A stretch of DNA of 64,000 nt from the NCBI GenBank assembly GCA_019429005.1, contig JAHYJR010000001.1:136663-200662 (forward strand). The letters are read 5' to 3'. The DNA is from Nanobdellati archaeon (lineage in GTDB: Archaea; EX4484-52; GLR71). Under the pieces are notes generated by a model that worked only from the letters and a program-made list of their open reading frames with translations, was not told the origin of the DNA and made no database searches. Shown piece by piece: positions 60,835 to 64,000 of this stretch (position 1 is the stretch's first letter; the number at the start of each line of letters is the position of its first letter). The translations under genes and the position numbers were made by a program.

Positions 60835-62709
60835 ATGGTATCTCACGATTATAAAAAACTAAATTTCAAATGTGGTTTGGAATTTCATCAAGCTCTTGAT
60901 ACTGGAAAATTATTTTGTTCTTGTTCAAGTAAACTTTCTGAAGAATTGTTTGTTACTTCAGTTGAGCGTCGTCTTAGGCCTGTTGCTGGTGAAACAGGAA
61001 ATGTGGATCCTGCAGTTCTTTTTGAATCCTTTAGGGACCGATCTTTTGTTTATAATATATATGCAGGTGAATCTTGTCTTGTTGAGTTGGATTGTGAACC
61101 TCCGCACCCCGTAAACGCATTGGCTTTCGATGTTTCACTTAAGATTGCTTTGATGCTTAATCTTGATATACCTCATGAAATATTTTTTATGCGTAAGACT
61201 GTTAATGATGGTTCAGCAACATCTGGATTTCAAAGAACTGCTTTAATAGGTACTGGTAATATGAATTCAATAATAAAAAGTTCATTTGGTGATGTGCATA
61301 TAGAAAATATGAGTCTTGAAGAGGATGCTTCAAAAATAGAAAAACGTGAAGGTGCTAAGGTTTATTATTCTTTAAGTCGTTTGGGTATACCTCTTGTTGA
61401 AATAGGTACTGCACCTGAGATAAAAACACCTGAACATGCTTTAGATATTGCAAAAATTATAGGTACTTTTTTGAGATCTTTTAATGAAATTAAACGTGGT
61501 ATTGGGACTATACGTCAAGATGTGAATATCTCAATCGCTGGTGGTGAACGGATTGAAGTTAAAGGTTGGCAAGATTTAAATAAATTACCGCGTTTGATTG
61601 AGAATGAAGTTTCAAGACAAATTTTTTTAATTGAATTTAAGAATTATTTGGTCGAGAAAAACTTCACTGAACTAAAAACGAATTCAGTGTGTGATGTGAC
61701 TGATATATTCAAGACTTCAAAATCTAAATTAGTATCTCGGATGTTATCTGGTGATTCTGTTGTTCTCTCTCTTAAACTTGAAAACTTCAGTGAACAATTA
61801 AAACGTGATGTCTGTGTTGGTAAGACTTTTGGTAAGGAATTAGCTGAGTATGCTATGGCTTATGGTGTTAAGGGTATGATCCACAGTGATGAAGATCTTT
61901 CAAAATATGGTCTTGAAACTGAATTCAAAACACTTTCAAAATATCTTGACGCGAAAAAGAATGATCTTGTTTTAATTATAATTGAATCTGAATCTGTTGC
62001 AAAAAAAGCGATAAATTCTGTAATAGATCGTATTAATTATTGTCTTGTTGGTGTTCCTAAAGAGACTAGGGTACCAAATCATGTGCTTGCAACGACTAGT
62101 TATGCAAGACCCTTACCTGGTTCAGATCGTATGTATCCTGAAACTGATGTCGCATCTATTGTTATTGATTCAATTACACTTAACAAAATTTCAAAAATGC
62201 TTCCCGAAACTCTTGATGCTAAACGGCAGCGTTTTGAGGCTAATTTAGGTATTAATGTAGAATTAGTGAATGCGTTAATATCTTCTAAATATTTGTATCT
62301 TTTTGACATTTTATCTTCAAAATATGCACCTGTTGCAAAAGAAATTGCAAACTGTTTTGTGAATACTCTTTTTGATTTAAAATCTCGTGAAAATCTTGAT
62401 ATTGCTTTATTGGATGATATCTTTTTTGATGAGCTTTTTAGTCTTTTGATAAAACAAAAAATTAAAAAAGCAATAATTCCTTATATCTTGTCTGAAAAGA
62501 TAAAAACACCTAATAAAACCATTTTAGATATATTAAGTGGTGTCGAAACAGTCTCTGATGTGGAAGTACTATCTGTAATCAAAAAGTTGATTTCAGAAAA
62601 CAAAGATGTATCAAAAAATGCGATAATGGGTATGGTTATGGCTAAGCTTCGTGGCAAAGTTGATGGAAAAGTTGTTTCTGATTTGGTTTTGAAACAATTT
62701 CAAAACTAA
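60835..62709 (+). CDS. gatE: Glutamyl-tRNA(Gln) amidotransferase subunit E
   Basis: CGLEFHQAL; KLFC; EPPH; SGFQRT; LEEDA; RLGIPLVEI; RGIGTIRQDVN; GAD insertion; RPLPGSDRMYPETD. Confidence 0.96.
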   Translation: MVSHDYKKLNFKCGLEFHQALDTGKLFCSCSSKLSEELFVTSVERRLRPVAGETGNVDPAVLFESFRDRSFVYNIYAGESCLVELDCEPPHPVNALAFDVSLKIALMLNLDIPHEIFFMRKTVNDGSATSGFQRTALIGTGNMNSIIKSSFGDVHIENMSLEEDASKIEKREGAKVYYSLSRLGIPLVEIGTAPEIKTPEHALDIAKIIGTFLRSFNEIKRGIGTIRQDVNISIAGGERIEVKGWQDLNKLPRLIENEVSRQIFLIEFKNYLVEKNFTELKTNSVCDVTDIFKTSKSKLVSRMLSGDSVVLSLKLENFSEQLKRDVCVGKTFGKELAEYAMAYGVKGMIHSDEDLSKYGLETEFKTLSKYLDAKKNDLVLIIIESESVAKKAINSVIDRINYCLVGVPKETRVPNHVLATTSYARPLPGSDRMYPETDVASIVIDSITLNKISKMLPETLDAKRQRFEANLGINVELVNALISSKYLYLFDILSSKYAPVAKEIANCFVNTLFDLKSRENLDIALLDDIFFDELFSLLIKQKIKKAIIPYILSEKIKTPNKTILDILSGVETVSDVEVLSVIKKLISENKDVSKNAIMGMVMAKLRGKVDGKVVSDLVLKQFQN

Positions 62710-62769
62710 TTTAATTTTATATTGATATTTTTTAAAATAAGAACTATACTATAAAAAGGATAATTTAAC

Positions 62770-63942
62770 TTAGAAATTTAAACAGTTAAATTCTGTTTTC
62801 AAATCTTTTATTTTTTGATTTAATACTGTGTCTGTTATGTCTTGACTGTACTTGATTATTTCCGTAATCTTTTTATTGAATTCTTTAATAATCTGGGTTA
62901 TTGGATGTTCTGCATATGTTTCTGTTTTGGTTGTTTTTGGTTCTAAATATGTGGGTTTTTGTGTTTCTTGTTCTTCTTCATCTTCGTTTGTATTTTTGAT
63001 TGTATATAGTTCTTCGTCATCGATTCGGTTAGTACCTATTCTATGTGCATTTTGTGTATTTGATGTTTTTGGGTCCTTATAGTGTATTTTTGGATGTGTG
63101 TCTGTTGTTGTAGTATTTATGTCTGTTATATATTCTGTATTTATATTTGTTTCTGGATTTTTAATCGCATTATATAGGTCTTCAGCATAAGTGTTTGTAA
63201 ATTTATTTTTATATTTTGTAATTGTAGTTTTAAAATCTTTTACAGATCTGATTGTGTCATTAAAACGTTTTCGTCCAAGGTTTATATTACCCTCTCCGAT
63301 TATATCATATAGGCTTTTTACAACCGTTTCATATTTTTCATAAAGTGTATTTGTTATGTTGTGTTTATTGTTTGCTTTTTGCACTATTGTTGCATCACCT
63401 TCTGCAATAAGTTTATTGAATTTTTTATCTATGTATGGGAGTATGTCTGCTTGTTGAGCATGTACTAATTCGTGTGTTTTTACAGAGTCTTTATATTTTG
63501 TATCTGTTATTGAGGGGTCTAAGTATATTGAGATATGATCTGGTTTTATTTCAGTACCATTTAGTTTATATTTAATCTCTGTAAGACCTACTGTATTTGA
63601 TGGCAATCTTGCAATTGTGTAATCTAATTCTGTAACGTCATATTTATGTTCTTTTGGTGTGTGTTTTAATGTTTTTAGGTATCTTTCAGCTAAGTCAAAT
63701 ATATTATAATCTGGTTTGTTTGTTGTTGTATATTGTTTTAATATCTCTGTATTGTATTCGGGTTGTGTGTCTGTAATATATTTAGGTTGTATGTCTGTGA
63801 TGTATTTTGGTTTTGTGTCTATTAAATATGGTGCTTGTTTGTTTGATATACCTAAATCTATTGTGTGTGTATCTGTTTTGTATTGTATTTGGGGAGCTAC
63901 TATATATGCTGATTTCAAATCACTTAAATACATAAATAACAC
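62770..63942 (-). CDS. Hypothetical protein with zincin-like HExxH motif and Thr/Lys-rich repeats
   Basis: KTHELVHAQQ followed by IAEGDA; no signal peptide seen. Confidence 0.6.
   Translation of the reverse strand: MLFMYLSDLKSAYIVAPQIQYKTDTHTIDLGISNKQAPYLIDTKPKYITDIQPKYITDTQPEYNTEILKQYTTTNKPDYNIFDLAERYLKTLKHTPKEHKYDVTELDYTIARLPSNTVGLTEIKYKLNGTEIKPDHISIYLDPSITDTKYKDSVKTHELVHAQQADILPYIDKKFNKLIAEGDATIVQKANNKHNITNTLYEKYETVVKSLYDIIGEGNINLGRKRFNDTIRSVKDFKTTITKYKNKFTNTYAEDLYNAIKNPETNINTEYITDINTTTTDTHPKIHYKDPKTSNTQNAHRIGTNRIDDEELYTIKNTNEDEEEQETQKPTYLEPKTTKTETYAEHPITQIIKEFNKKITEIIKYSQDITDTVLNQKIKDLKTEFNCLNF
63748..63819 (-). repeat. Three imperfect 24-bp in-frame repeats (DTKPKYIT / DIQPKYIT / DTQPEYNT)
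   Basis: Read directly in DNA and protein. Confidence 0.75.
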
Positions 63943-64000
63943 CTGATTTTTGTTAAAGTTAAAATTAGTTATATATATTTCATATTTATTTAATTTTATA

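Noticed and set aside
1-64000. tRNA, rRNA, transposase, integrase or provirus
   Set aside because: No GC-rich structured RNA segments or mobility-gene motifs were seen by eye; tRNAscan-SE and Infernal would be needed to exclude them formally

Overview
AT-rich archaeal chromosomal segment: GatD/GatE, PolB, rpS26e, type II MetAP, DUF373 and AglB are all archaeal markers. A DPANN-like lineage is plausible but is inference only. Three blocks: (1) ~0.2-40.6 kb, a large mosaic surface-glycosylation island with AglB, a GPT/AglH-like enzyme, a Wzx flippase, 3 GT2, 3 GT4, 5 GT-C (one frameshifted), 3 AsnB-like amidotransferases, 7 class I SAM methyltransferases, a B12 radical SAM enzyme, nucleotide-sugar enzymes and an RHH-nucleotidyltransferase fusion; (2) ~40.9-48.8 kb, housekeeping genes (polB, cyclophilin, map, DUF373, rps26e); (3) ~48.9-58.6 kb, a type IV pilus locus (ATPase, two TadB/C-type proteins, eight class III signal-peptide proteins), followed by gatD, an HD-like gene, gatE and a zincin-like gene. 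Signals not explained by the ORF track: three frameshifts at short repeats confined to glycan-modifying genes; a degenerate nucleotidyltransferase fused to a ribbon-helix-helix domain with an operator-like repeat cluster directly downstream; a strand-specific, G-U-rich 65-nt hairpin covering the Shine-Dalgarno site of a secreted-protein gene; and a perfect 65-bp x3.5 tandem repeat in front of the pilin genes. Together these suggest a regulated and possibly variable glycosylated-surface system (inference). No rRNA, tRNA, CRISPR array or transposase was recognised. All calls were made by eye, without database searches.
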